Positions 46,625 to 57,141 of a DNA stretch of 64,000 nucleotides are shown here, piece after piece. Position 1 is the stretch's first letter. Every line of letters begins with the position of its first letter. The DNA is from a virus (taxonomy: Duplodnaviria; Caudoviricetes). The translations under genes were made by a program, and so were the position numbers. The notes below the pieces were generated by a model that saw nothing but the letters and a program-made list of their open reading frames with translations, was not told the origin of the DNA and did not search any database. The stretch lies in the IMG/VR virus record IMGVR_UViG_3300032285_002814, positions 1,516 through 65,515 of that record. One strand, written 5' to 3'.

Positions 46625-46966
46625 ATGTTAAAAGGACACTTACATCAATTGCCGAAAAGTAAAAAATGGGTTGTGAGGTACGACAGAACTCCTCAAATTA
46701 TAACCGAATTACCAGTGCATCCAAAAGATGCCGAGCTTTTAATCAAAGCAGATCACTTAACGCAAGTATACTTTCAAGTAGAAACTATTGCGATAGGTGA
46801 ATCAGAATTCGATGTTAGAGATTGTGATGTCGCAGTAATCAATTACAAATCAGATCTCTATTCTTTAATAGAAGCTGCAGTAATAAACTACACTATAGGC
46901 GAACAGCAAACAGCTGGCGAATTAACAAGAGAAATAATGGAATTGATAGAACAATATAAAAAATAA
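46625..46966 (+). CDS. hypothetical protein
   Basis: LPVHPKD motif shared with 62213..62470 (LPLHPDD). Confidence 0.7.
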   Translation: MLKGHLHQLPKSKKWVVRYDRTPQIITELPVHPKDAELLIKADHLTQVYFQVETIAIGESEFDVRDCDVAVINYKSDLYSLIEAAVINYTIGEQQTAGELTREIMELIEQYKK

Positions 46967-47252
46967 AACTATGTGGAAAATATATCTATTGGAATTTGTA
47001 ATAACACTATTAATATCTATTGCTTGGGTAATGGGTATAGATAAGATGACGAGCGAGCATCCTAAATACAAAGGCGAAGACTTTCTAAACGAAGATCAAA
47101 ATGAAACAAGGTAAAAAGAAACAAGACAAACAGGTTATTCACGTGGTGAAGAGAGAACCAGGAAAACCTCACAAATATCACAGATCAAGACTCAAACTAA
47201 ATAAAGACGGTTCTATAACTATTTACGAATAGTTCAAATATTTATTTATATC

Positions 47253-48287
47253 ATGATAAAATTAACAGACTTAGTAAAAGAAATATCTTTCGGACACGGA
47301 CACGCATCTTCAAACAATGCTGAAGACATATCTTCTGATGCTATGTATATGAATCAAATCGATTCTGCAATTTCAAGGGGCGGAGACTATGATGAGTTAC
47401 AAATTCCTGTGACAGATAAGAAATTCCAAAAAGCCATAGCTAAAAAGTTTAAAGTAATAGGAGAATCTAACGGATATAGATTGATGACAACTAAAAAAGA
47501 TGCATACGGAGATATTAAATATTACTTAATTAATCCTAATGCTAAAGTAACTGGTGAATATTTTGTTGGTATAATAAAAACGGAATTAAATGAAGGAGAA
47601 TTCTATAATTTAAAAAAAGGATTCGGAGTACAAGTAGAAGCAGTACATTGGTCTAATATAGCTTTAGAATTAAGAGGAACGGGCATGGGAAAAATGATGT
47701 ATACTATGGTTTATAATTATGTCAAAAGTCAAGGAAGAGCATTAGGAAGCGATAGTATGTTATTCGAAGGATCTGCTGGAATGTGGATGACATACATGCC
47801 ATCGATTGCTAAATATTTCGGTATCATAGTTAATGATCTAATGTTGCCTATAACACCAGAAGAATTAAACAAAAAGAATAAACCAGCTTTCGAATTATAC
47901 GGAGTGGATGGATTCGTTGCAATGGAAACTCCTCCTCCTATGGTAAGAAAGATTGCATATAACGTTAAAGGTCTGTCTTTTATAAAAGGCGAATATGGAG
48001 TTGTTAAAATGGAAGGCAAAGTAAACGATAGATTAGACGTAACTAAATTCTCTAAGGATATGTTTGGATCTAGAACGAGAGTTCCCAAATCAGAATTTGC
48101 AAGATTTGTGGATTATGTAAATAACTTTAGTACAATAAAAGCTTTATTAAACTCTCCAATAGATTATAGTATAAGAGATACTATCGGTACTAAAAAAACC
48201 AAGTATAAAACTATACTATTTGCATTCGAAGACGCAGTACTCGTAGTGAAGCAATTGCCTAACGGACTATCAGTAACTCCTCTCTAA
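47253..48287 (+). CDS. GNAT-like protein with MIKLxDLxxE N-terminal leader
   Basis: ELRGTGMGKMMY (acetyl-CoA motif A) and SD...GSAGMW. Confidence 0.6.
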   Translation: MIKLTDLVKEISFGHGHASSNNAEDISSDAMYMNQIDSAISRGGDYDELQIPVTDKKFQKAIAKKFKVIGESNGYRLMTTKKDAYGDIKYYLINPNAKVTGEYFVGIIKTELNEGEFYNLKKGFGVQVEAVHWSNIALELRGTGMGKMMYTMVYNYVKSQGRALGSDSMLFEGSAGMWMTYMPSIAKYFGIIVNDLMLPITPEELNKKNKPAFELYGVDGFVAMETPPPMVRKIAYNVKGLSFIKGEYGVVKMEGKVNDRLDVTKFSKDMFGSRTRVPKSEFARFVDYVNNFSTIKALLNSPIDYSIRDTIGTKKTKYKTILFAFEDAVLVVKQLPNGLSVTPL

Positions 48288-48526
48288 CCAATAAGTTAAT
48301 CTTTATACTGTTAACAATAATTAATAGATTTATAGAATAAAATAATACAGTTATGATAGATCAAAAGAAGTATATTATCAAGAGGCCCAAATCAGATCCT
48401 CGCCATGACAAGACTATCCATCAGAGCGAAATAGAAAAAGCTTTGTGGACACTAGGAGTTAATTACTACAGACTCACTAAAGAGGAAGAAGAAATCATTT
48501 TAAAACTAGCAAAAAAATATTAAACC

Positions 48527-48772
48527 ATGCACAAAGTAATGTACTTTTCCACGCCTACGTGTGCTCCTTGCAGAACTCTAAAGCCAATAGTACAAGATGT
48601 GGCCAGAGAGGTCGGAGCTGAAATAGAATACGTTGACGCACAGCAATCTCCACTAACTGAATCATTCAGAGTGACTGCAGTGCCAACGCTTATAGTATTT
48701 AAGAACGGTCTACCAGCTAAGAGACACACAGGAATGGCAACCAAACAAGAAATCAAATCACTATTCATTTAA
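48527..48772 (+). CDS. thioredoxin
   Basis: YFSTPTCAPC...VTAVPTLIVFKNG. Confidence 0.9.
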   Translation: MHKVMYFSTPTCAPCRTLKPIVQDVAREVGAEIEYVDAQQSPLTESFRVTAVPTLIVFKNGLPAKRHTGMATKQEIKSLFI

Positions 48773-48956
48773 ATAAAACCAAAGTTATGAAGTGCATACA
48801 AGCAATAAGAGAAAGCAAATACGCAAAGATCGGAGACATCAAAAGAGTTTCTGATACGGAAGCAAACGAGAAAGTAGACACCAAATATTGGAAGTTCATT
48901 TCCAAGTCTGAATGGAAATCGTCTACAAAACAATCAACAGCAGAAACCAAGTAATC

Positions 48957-49115
48957 ATGTCAGTAACAGATTTAGTCGAAAGAATAGAGAAGGCTTTCGA
49001 AGACAGGCCGAAGGGCCAAAAGAGAAAAGAACTCGCTGAATGGAAGTTATCTGTAAATCTTCTCATAGAAGAAGTAAACAAGTTATCGAAAATTAAAATG
49101 TACAAACCGCAATGA
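48957..49115 (+). CDS. small hypothetical protein
   Basis: Internal ATG of the ORF-track 48912 ORF; ATGA overlap downstream. Confidence 0.55.
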   Translation: MSVTDLVERIEKAFEDRPKGQKRKELAEWKLSVNLLIEEVNKLSKIKMYKPQ

Positions 49116-49477
49116 CATATTCAAATTACATGGAATATTTCTTAGATTTAAAGAATACGTTCCAGTCAGATTATCGAGGTCCTGAACAAATGAAAGAAAT
49201 GGATAAAGACTTCGAAAAAGTTTTCTTATCTAACTTGCTCGATAAAGTAAAACAAGCATGGGAAGATAATGAATCTATGAAAAGAGACACCCATCTTTTA
49301 CTAGAAAGCGAATTAGAGATAGTTTGGAAAGCGAGCCAAAAAGAAATAGTAGACAATACACTAAATAAATTATCAGATTTAGGATATATTAATACAGGAG
49401 TTAGCGAGAACGGAGATATAGTTTATTCTATCTCTGAAGACGGTATGCAATATTTAGATCACCTGAAGGAATTATAA
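49112..49477 (+). CDS. hypothetical protein with winged-helix-like C-terminus
   Basis: LNKLSDLGYI.....YSISEDG. Confidence 0.6.
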   Translation: MTYSNYMEYFLDLKNTFQSDYRGPEQMKEMDKDFEKVFLSNLLDKVKQAWEDNESMKRDTHLLLESELEIVWKASQKEIVDNTLNKLSDLGYINTGVSENGDIVYSISEDGMQYLDHLKEL

Positions 49478-49504
49478 TATAAACATATTTATAATAAAAT
49501 TTAC

Positions 49505-50455
49505 ATGCCACAAGATTTTCTAATAGGTAAACAGAGTTTGTTAAAAGTAGAGAGCAACAGAAGCTATGTTAAAGAAAATAAAACTCAGTTGTCTGTAGAT
49601 GTTGATATTCTTAAAAATAAAAATTACAATAGATTCGACGTTTCTAAAGATCCTTTATCGGTATTTTTAAATAACCCTCCGAATATGAATTTTGATTATT
49701 CGTATCCGTTCGATCCCCAATATCCTATAGTTACAGAGGGATTGAGTTTATATTTAGACGCATCATATCCATCATCTTACGCAGGCAGCGGAGCAAATTG
49801 GTACGATATAAGTGGTAACGGAAACAATTTTACGCTATATAACTCTCCTACGTATCAAACAACTAAATTAACGTTTAATATAAACGGAGCAAATCAATAC
49901 GCGCAGTGCAACAATACTAGTTCTGGCAATTACGGATCGAGCAGTTTCACAATGGAGTATTTTTTTAATTTAGCTACAGCTCCAAATACAAACAATTCGG
50001 TTAGTACGCTTTTCATCAAAAGAGATCAATCAATAGGCATAGCATCAGCAGGACATCCAGGTTGGACTTTCAATCCTGGAGGAAATGGATATAGCGGATT
50101 TGTTTCTTGGATGGATTCTAACGGCGTTCCTAATACTACGACATACAGAATAGATTATAATACTACACTAATACCAGAAAACTCCAATCTACACATAGTA
50201 CATACTGTGCAAAGAAACGGATTACAAGTTACAGGTAGCTGGTATAAAAACTCTACGATTCAAAGTACAATAAAATACAATTTGACCGGAGACGGTATGC
50301 TCAATAGTTCTACCGCAGCTCAGATAATGAGATCTCCGTATTTAGAGCATTATAGAAGCGGTAGTGTTTATTTAGTTCGTTCATATAATAGATCTTTGTC
50401 TCAATCAGAAATAACTCAAAACTATAATGCTACTATAGGAAGGTTAGGATTGTAA
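49505..50455 (+). CDS. LamG/concanavalin A-like domain protein (virion or tail-associated)
   Basis: IVTEGLSLYLDA..SY.GSG..WYDISGNGN and YNRSLSQSEITQNYNA. Confidence 0.85.
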   Translation: MPQDFLIGKQSLLKVESNRSYVKENKTQLSVDVDILKNKNYNRFDVSKDPLSVFLNNPPNMNFDYSYPFDPQYPIVTEGLSLYLDASYPSSYAGSGANWYDISGNGNNFTLYNSPTYQTTKLTFNINGANQYAQCNNTSSGNYGSSSFTMEYFFNLATAPNTNNSVSTLFIKRDQSIGIASAGHPGWTFNPGGNGYSGFVSWMDSNGVPNTTTYRIDYNTTLIPENSNLHIVHTVQRNGLQVTGSWYKNSTIQSTIKYNLTGDGMLNSSTAAQIMRSPYLEHYRSGSVYLVRSYNRSLSQSEITQNYNATIGRLGL

Positions 50456-50466
50456 ATAATAATAAT

Positions 50467-51399
50467 ATGCCCTACGATTTTTTAATAGGAAACAAAAGCA
50501 ATTACTCGGAAGATCCATCAAAAAGGAAACAAACTTATCGAGAAAGTCTAAGGACTAAATTGACAATGGATCCCAAAGCCATGTTTTTAAATCAACCAGC
50601 AGTATCAACAGGAGACATTCCCGTTTATGATCATCCAACACCTATAATAAGTTTAGACGCGAATGTTAATTATAGAGTTACTGATTTACCAATCTCTATA
50701 CAGAGACATGATAGTGTTGCAAACCTAGTCACTACAGACGGATGGAGAAATAAAGTAGATATCCAAAACCCAAATTTATATGATAATGGAAACGGAGCTT
50801 TTATAGATATTGGGTCATATACTCTAAGTTCAGATGGTGGAGGAAGTGTATATTTAGATGCTAGCACGGGACAAGATATTTATTTTGGAGATAGCGTCGA
50901 TGAAGGGTTTTTAGATTTCTCAGAAGATCTTTCTCTACTTATGTGGATAAAACCAAGTTCAATTTCTTCTCCTTTAGGTTTATTCACAAATAATTCATCT
51001 CCAGGTGCATTAAGCCCAGGAATAAGACTTTTTATAAATACATATCCAAATACAGGAGACAGAAAATTAATTTTAGAAATGGCCAATCAATCAGGCAATA
51101 TAGGTGCTGGGTTTGCATCAAATACTGGAGCAATAACTTTTAATCAATGGCAACAAGTAGTTTTAACACTGAGTAAATCAAAAGCAGTAGCAAAAGGATA
51201 TGTAAACGACCAATTAGTAGTTAGTAACACAAATCTAGCAACAACTGATTGGAATTATCCTAGTTTAACTCATATTGGATCTCTAGTAGGATATTCTTAT
51301 AATGGATATATAGGACTAGTTAAAATATTTACTACAGAACTATCAGAATATAATATAAAAGTAGAGTTTAATACTAATAAAAGTAGATTCGGAATATAA
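50467..51399 (+). CDS. LamG/concanavalin A-like domain protein
   Basis: MWIKP, NQWQQVV, YNGYIG..KIFTTELS...FNTNKSRFG; shares the MPxDFLIG N-terminus with the upstream gene. Confidence 0.82.
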   Translation: MPYDFLIGNKSNYSEDPSKRKQTYRESLRTKLTMDPKAMFLNQPAVSTGDIPVYDHPTPIISLDANVNYRVTDLPISIQRHDSVANLVTTDGWRNKVDIQNPNLYDNGNGAFIDIGSYTLSSDGGGSVYLDASTGQDIYFGDSVDEGFLDFSEDLSLLMWIKPSSISSPLGLFTNNSSPGALSPGIRLFINTYPNTGDRKLILEMANQSGNIGAGFASNTGAITFNQWQQVVLTLSKSKAVAKGYVNDQLVVSNTNLATTDWNYPSLTHIGSLVGYSYNGYIGLVKIFTTELSEYNIKVEFNTNKSRFGI

Positions 51400-51465
51400 A
51401 CACAAAAGATATTCTTTTCTAATTCAAATAAAAGAATTATTTTTATCTAAACAAAACAATCAGTT

Positions 51466-51720
51466 ATGGCAGACTTCTCAAAACAATGGTGCGAGCTCAA
51501 CGATCCTGAAATGCCGCACGACTTCGATATTGATATCGTAGCAAGTACACTAGATCCACACTATTACAAATCCTATATATGCGAAGGCTTCGGTTTCACC
51601 GCAATCGGAAAGGATTCTGAAGGCAGAATTACGCTTTATTTTCCTAGTGAAAATAGAGAAAGTGGAGAGTGGAAAGATTACAAAACATTTATAAAACAAC
51701 AAGAAGATGAGACGAGATAA
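51466..51720 (+). CDS. hypothetical phage protein
   Basis: MADFSKQWC...ICEG pattern. Confidence 0.75.
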   Translation: MADFSKQWCELNDPEMPHDFDIDIVASTLDPHYYKSYICEGFGFTAIGKDSEGRITLYFPSENRESGEWKDYKTFIKQQEDETR

Positions 51721-51979
51721 TAAAATAATAGTTGAGACACTTATAAATAAGATGTTTGAAATATCAGGGAATAGTATTACATTTAAAGATATTAAAGACA
51801 GAAAGGACGATTGGTATTCGGAATATACTATGACCGAAGACGAGTGTGCAAGGTGGATGATATGGGGTACAGAGTATTTGAGAACAACACTCAAGATAAA
51901 CAAGAGAATGGCAGAAAGAGAAATGTCTATGTTTAATTTGAGTTACGGATTGAAGATAGTAGAGACACAAGATCAATAA
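51707..51979 (+). CDS. hypothetical phage protein
   Basis: ORF in operon. Confidence 0.75.
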   Translation: MRRDNKIIVETLINKMFEISGNSITFKDIKDRKDDWYSEYTMTEDECARWMIWGTEYLRTTLKINKRMAEREMSMFNLSYGLKIVETQDQ

Positions 51980-51993
51980 TAAAAATAAAAGTT

Positions 51994-52887
51994 ATGGGAA
52001 AAATAGGTTATGCATGTATAAACATGACTCTAGGTAAAACAGCTACCACAAACAGAGGCATGACAATGAAAACGTTCAAAGCAAAAGGACTTCCTTACGT
52101 ATCGGAATTGGCACTCAAGAACGCTCAAGACGTTATCAAGATCCTTAAGTGGAACGAAGCACACAATATTAAAATGTTTAGATTGTCCTCAGCTCTCATA
52201 CCATGGGGCAACTCTATAAACATAGACGAATTACCTGATATTATAGCAATCACTGCCGCTCTTAAAGAAGCAGGAGATTACGCAGCACAACACGGACACA
52301 GGATAACTACCCATCCCGGTCCATACACAGTTATTGCATCTCCTAATCACACAGTAGTAGAAAATGCTATAAAAGATTTAGAAATGCACGCTAAAGTATT
52401 TGATCTCATGGGTCTAAGCAAGACTCCGTACAACAAGATCAACATACACGTTAACACAACTGCAGGAGGTAAACAAGCCGCTATGAAAAGATTCTGCGAT
52501 GCATATTGGTTCCTATCAGAATCAGTTAGAAGCAGATTGGTAGTAGAGAACGATGATAAGCCTAAGCAATACACAGTAGAAGATCTGATGTACGTACACA
52601 AGCTTATAGGCATTCCAGTTACTTTCGATTACTTTCACCACTCGTTGAATCCAGGTAATCAGACAGAAGAAGAAGCTCTAAAGTTGGCGGCTACTACTTG
52701 GCCTGAAGGTATCACTCAAGCAGTACACTATAGCGAAAGCAAAAGAACACACGAGAACAATCCTAAAGAAAATGCTAGAGCGCACAGCGATTATATAAAT
52801 GCATTGCCTAATATTTATGATCTGGATATAGACATAATGACGGAATGTAAAATGAAAGAGTTAGCTATATTACCGTTAATAAAATAA
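51994..52887 (+). CDS. uvsE: UV-damage endonuclease
   Basis: IGYACIN, FRLSS, THPG, INIH, VENDD, FDYFHH, HYSES, AHSDY and ECKMKE. Confidence 0.93.
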   Translation: MGKIGYACINMTLGKTATTNRGMTMKTFKAKGLPYVSELALKNAQDVIKILKWNEAHNIKMFRLSSALIPWGNSINIDELPDIIAITAALKEAGDYAAQHGHRITTHPGPYTVIASPNHTVVENAIKDLEMHAKVFDLMGLSKTPYNKINIHVNTTAGGKQAAMKRFCDAYWFLSESVRSRLVVENDDKPKQYTVEDLMYVHKLIGIPVTFDYFHHSLNPGNQTEEEALKLAATTWPEGITQAVHYSESKRTHENNPKENARAHSDYINALPNIYDLDIDIMTECKMKELAILPLIK

Positions 52888-53028
52888 TTTATGAGAATCA
52901 AACTTAAAGAACATTCACGTTGCGCAAATTGGTGGCTAATAGTAGCATCTATATCAGCAACAGTAGGAACAATATTGTTATTCGCATCTATAATTAATCA
53001 TTTAATCAAAACAATAATATAAAAAACA

Positions 53029-53289
53029 ATGGCAAAGTCGCAAACAACATTACTAACCATCAACGTAAGTACAAACGTTCAGTTTACTCCTGAAATGTTA
53101 TTTCAATTACAGCAAACAGTATCATCAAAATTCGATGTAACTGCAGTAGTAGTTCCCAATCCATCTATATCTAAACTAGTAGAAGTTACATCTGATACAG
53201 CAGATCAAGACACTATCAATAATATTGAAGTTGACAGTACTACTATGTTAATCCAATTAATAGAAGTCGCTGCACAAGCAAATCAATAA
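53029..53289 (+). CDS. hypothetical protein
   Basis: ORF with A-rich leader. Confidence 0.7.
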   Translation: MAKSQTTLLTINVSTNVQFTPEMLFQLQQTVSSKFDVTAVVVPNPSISKLVEVTSDTADQDTINNIEVDSTTMLIQLIEVAAQANQ

Positions 53290-53309
53290 AAAAATAATCC
53301 TAATCAGTT

Positions 53310-53579
53310 ATGAAAAGAACAGAAAGAACGGACTACCATTGGGATATCCAATACATGGACATAGATCCAGATTCAGGAGATGCTTCAGATCCCAAAACTG
53401 TAGCGACTACGAAGTGGCCTACATACGCTAACGTAATACTAGATGCGTTCATCAAACAAGACGAAAACCCTAACAGACACTACTTCATAGTCAAGTGCGT
53501 GAACCACGCCATAAAAGAGGCGTACATAAAAGGACACGAAGACAGAGAAAAAGATATATTCAATTTAGGACAATTTTAA
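53310..53579 (+). CDS. hypothetical protein
   Basis: AGTTATG start. Confidence 0.7.
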   Translation: MKRTERTDYHWDIQYMDIDPDSGDASDPKTVATTKWPTYANVILDAFIKQDENPNRHYFIVKCVNHAIKEAYIKGHEDREKDIFNLGQF

Positions 53580-53588
53580 ATAGAAGTT

Positions 53589-54053
53589 ATGAATTTTGGA
53601 ACAAATGGATGCATGTATAACTGTGGTGACAGCTGTACAGGAGAGTGTATAGAACCCACGACGTATAACGAACAACAAGATTATCCAGAACTAGAAGGCA
53701 CAAATGAACTGTGCAAAGATATTATTGCGACGCGCGCGAACGAAAGTGTCCCGGCCCCAGACGAACTCCAAGAGGAGTTGCGCCGTGTCCGAAGTGCAAA
53801 GAACAGCCACGTCAAGTCACAGAAGTGGGAGATAGCCGCACTCTACAGAGAGATAGAGAAGTTGTTGCAAGCGGAAGAGCCTACCTGTTCCAACTGTCAA
53901 ATGCTGTTAAGCGCCATCGGAGTGGGACAGGGGTTGATCTGCGACTTGAATAAGTGTCGCATACCGCACAGCAAGCACAGTTGCCAATACCACTTCAAGA
54001 CTGTGACGCAAAGCGCAGAGCTTGCAAGTTTTGATAAAACATTAAACGTATAA
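53589..54053 (+). CDS. Cys-rich mosaic protein with UVR-like motif
   Basis: CMYNCGDSCTGEC, KSQKWEIAALYREIEK and CSNC...C...C. Confidence 0.65.
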   Translation: MNFGTNGCMYNCGDSCTGECIEPTTYNEQQDYPELEGTNELCKDIIATRANESVPAPDELQEELRRVRSAKNSHVKSQKWEIAALYREIEKLLQAEEPTCSNCQMLLSAIGVGQGLICDLNKCRIPHSKHSCQYHFKTVTQSAELASFDKTLNV

Positions 54054-54054
54054 T

Positions 54055-54396
54055 ATGACGGTAAAACAAGTAACACTCGCAAAGACAGAGTACGATGCAA
54101 TGGAAACCGAATTGAAGGATTTGAGAGCAATAGTCTCAAGCAGAACCATACTCCAAATAGTAGAAGAAGACTTTGGTTGGCACAGGGCTCGCATTGCTGC
54201 AAGCGGTACCAGAATCAAATACATATTGGGAACCGACAGCGATGAGGGCAAAATGAAAGTATTATCGGACTATATCGGGGACTTATACAAGAAGATAGCA
54301 AAGATGGAAGCAGACTCGTGCAGAAAGTCAGACGAGATCAGCCGCTTGAAGGCGCAGAAGTGGTACCAAAAACTATTCAGCAGACAAAACAAATAA
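54055..54396 (+). CDS. coiled-coil hypothetical protein
   Basis: C-terminal KWYQKLF amphipathic end. Confidence 0.7.
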   Translation: MTVKQVTLAKTEYDAMETELKDLRAIVSSRTILQIVEEDFGWHRARIAASGTRIKYILGTDSDEGKMKVLSDYIGDLYKKIAKMEADSCRKSDEISRLKAQKWYQKLFSRQNK

Positions 54397-54530
54397 CATG
54401 AATAAAGAACAAGTAAAAGACCAGCTAATCGAAATCTTAGAAAACCAAGTAGTAGACTTGACAACGATGTCCAAGATTGAACTTGGCGACGATGTGATCG
54501 CAGAGATCAAAAGACTTAAAGCCGTTATCA

Positions 54531-55031
54531 ATGAATAGAGAACAACAACAGATCATTGATGAGGTGTACGAGAACTATTGGAATAGTCACCCTGATGCAG
54601 AGAAGACATTTCAATATGAAGGACATAATATTGAAACAAGAAGAATGACCAAGGATGAGTTTATTGATATGGTTAAAACTGATAAAGAGTATGCTAGAAG
54701 GTGGGGATTAAAGATTGAGGAAAGGGAGTTGAGTTTAGAAGAGAGATGTCATTTAGGATATAACTATGTAGATGGGTTTGAATGGGATATGTTAATGGGT
54801 GGTGGTAAAGAAGGCGATGAAGGTAATTGTAATGACTATAAAATCCCAACCAAACTAATCACAATAACTAGAGAGTTAAGTTTGGATGAGAGAGTTGAAT
54901 ACCACTGTTCTCAGAATTGGGTTTTAGAGCATTTGAAAGATTCGCTAAGAAAACAAACCCCGGAACAAAAAACTTCATTTTTATCTGTTGCCAATATCCC
55001 AACCAACAAAACAATAGAGAGTTATGAGTAA
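54531..55031 (+). CDS. hypothetical protein with internal duplication
   Basis: RELSLEER...KIPTK repeated as RELSLDER...NIPTN. Confidence 0.7.
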   Translation: MNREQQQIIDEVYENYWNSHPDAEKTFQYEGHNIETRRMTKDEFIDMVKTDKEYARRWGLKIEERELSLEERCHLGYNYVDGFEWDMLMGGGKEGDEGNCNDYKIPTKLITITRELSLDERVEYHCSQNWVLEHLKDSLRKQTPEQKTSFLSVANIPTNKTIESYE

Positions 55032-55218
55032 CCTAGAAGCAATCGCAAAAAGATATTGGGAAATCTACAACTCTTTTGATGGACAAACCAATTCAATTGA
55101 TTTGGAAATGAAGACAATTTATATGCTAGCAGAAGAACTATCCCACAGCGGCGATATAGATAGCATGCCAAACATATTAACCTCTATATATTTTTTAGGA
55201 AAAATCAATCAACAATAG
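55024..55218 (+). CDS. hypothetical protein
   Basis: GTTATG start. Confidence 0.65.
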   Translation: MSNLEAIAKRYWEIYNSFDGQTNSIDLEMKTIYMLAEELSHSGDIDSMPNILTSIYFLGKINQQ

Positions 55219-55224
55219 AAAGTT

Positions 55225-55407
55225 ATGGACAACTACCAAAGCAATAACGTAATAATGCAGTTAGAGAACATAGCTCAACTGTTAAAGACGCAGAACGAAT
55301 TGATACAGAAATTGCTACAGCCACAACAGGACGAAAAGACGCAGAGAAGAAAAGCACTGCAAGAACTACTAAGAAATGCAGAGGCAGACAAGAACACACA
55401 GGGATAA
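55225..55407 (+). CDS. hypothetical coiled-coil protein
   Basis: AAAGTTATG start. Confidence 0.65.
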   Translation: MDNYQSNNVIMQLENIAQLLKTQNELIQKLLQPQQDEKTQRRKALQELLRNAEADKNTQG

Positions 55408-55422
55408 CGCATATTTATAGGT

Positions 55423-56823
55423 ATGATAAAACTAAAAGACTTGCTCGTAGAGCTGCAGATACTAGAATCGGGAATAAGAAACATCAGAGCGCTTGCAAAA
55501 GCCAACAACAAGGCAGACATGTACTTTCACATGGACTTGGACGGAGTGACCAGCGCCATAGGCATGAAAGCCTATTTGAAGCAGTACGGCGTAGCCGTTG
55601 TCAAAGCCGAACACATACAGTACGGAGGCAGAGAGTACTCGGCTCCAAAGCCCACACCGGGCCACATGGTCGTGCTAGTTGACTTCGCTCACGGCAAGCC
55701 AAACGTTACCATACACACCGACCACCACGAAGCGCAGAGCGGAGTGGAGACAGGAACGGCAACCAACTTCAAGAAGAAACCGTCCAACCTTCAAACCATC
55801 TCTCAAGAGATCTCGCCGAAGGACATATTTCCCAACGAAGACGTGCAGATCATTTCTACCGTGGACTCCGCGGACTTCGCTAGTCAAAACATAGACGTGG
55901 ATCAGGTGATAGCCACGGCTTTCAACTATTCCAAAGATCGCAGCGTGCAAAAGAACCGGATGGCGATGGGATTGGTGGCCAACAAGATCATACTCGCGTT
56001 CAAGAACAAGCCAAGGTTTCTAGAGAACATAGTGATGCAAGCAGAACCTTCTTTGGTTAGCATCTACAACGTGGCTATGAAGAACGCCAAAGCAGCGGGT
56101 TTGAAACCCGAAGATCTGGCAGCTGCTCAAGACTCGTACGTGAAATCTCAGAGCGAAGCGGACAAGAAGGTGACTCTATCGAGTACAACAGACATAGCCA
56201 ACATGCACAACGGACAGTACGGCATGATAGGAACAGTATTGGTGCAGTACGGATTGGGATCGATGAAGGGAGGAGGCTACGACAGGTATGTGCCGTTCAA
56301 GATGAATCCAACCGCAGAGTACATGATACTTGGCTATCCGATGGGACTGATACAAGCCGCAAAGAACCCGTTCAAGAGAGGAAAGAATCCCTTCAACTTG
56401 GGCGACATAGCAAAGAAGATACTGCAGAAGTACGAGCCTCAGCTACAACAAAAGCAGTTGACGTTCAGATACATAAAGAAGACAATGGAATCGGACGTGA
56501 AAACACCAGAAGCATTTGGCTTTACAACGAAAGATCTGATCGCCCTGTTCGGAGACGCAGCCAAAGGCATGCCAACAGCCGACAAGAGACAAGCTCTAGA
56601 CGCCATAGCAAACAGACACTACGCAGATCTGTCTCAAGAAGAGAAGAGCCAACTAGAGAACGTAACCGTATCGGCATACGATCTGATAACCAAACAATCG
56701 GGCGGACACAGAGACATAACCAACATATCGGGACTAAACTTCTTGGGAGAAGACGCGGCGGAATTCACCAAACAAATAATGCAGGACCTTGCAGAGGAAT
56801 TAAAGACCGCAAAGTTGCAATAG
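55423..56823 (+). CDS. DHH-family phosphoesterase-like protein with MIKLxDLxxE leader
   Basis: YFHMDLDG, VLVDF, HTDHH, VDS and C-terminal SGGH. Confidence 0.8.
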   Translation: MIKLKDLLVELQILESGIRNIRALAKANNKADMYFHMDLDGVTSAIGMKAYLKQYGVAVVKAEHIQYGGREYSAPKPTPGHMVVLVDFAHGKPNVTIHTDHHEAQSGVETGTATNFKKKPSNLQTISQEISPKDIFPNEDVQIISTVDSADFASQNIDVDQVIATAFNYSKDRSVQKNRMAMGLVANKIILAFKNKPRFLENIVMQAEPSLVSIYNVAMKNAKAAGLKPEDLAAAQDSYVKSQSEADKKVTLSSTTDIANMHNGQYGMIGTVLVQYGLGSMKGGGYDRYVPFKMNPTAEYMILGYPMGLIQAAKNPFKRGKNPFNLGDIAKKILQKYEPQLQQKQLTFRYIKKTMESDVKTPEAFGFTTKDLIALFGDAAKGMPTADKRQALDAIANRHYADLSQEEKSQLENVTVSAYDLITKQSGGHRDITNISGLNFLGEDAAEFTKQIMQDLAEELKTAKLQ

Positions 56824-56907
56824 CTACAAACACAAAAAGGATAATATAATTAGCAATAGCTGCAGAAAGCATAACAAAAGTATATTATAATAATCCAGAT
56901 ATAACAC

Positions 56908-57141
56908 ATGACACCTCAAGAGAAAGCAAGACAGCTGGTAGAGAGATTCTACTTTGCTTTACCAAACAACGGATCGGAAACTGGAGTATGTAACGTACAC
57001 CAAAGGTGGGAAGAGGGAAAGAAGTGCGCCACCATAGCGGCACGCTTTCTCAAAGAACAATACATAGAGATGTTTACCATAAAGGGACCCGCAAAGCCAA
57101 ATTACTGGGACGAAGTCAAAACAGAAATAGAAAAGATATGA
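56908..57141 (+). CDS. small phage protein (MTPxEKA family)
   Basis: Paralog of 61664..61870. Confidence 0.75.
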   Translation: MTPQEKARQLVERFYFALPNNGSETGVCNVHQRWEEGKKCATIAARFLKEQYIEMFTIKGPAKPNYWDEVKTEIEKI

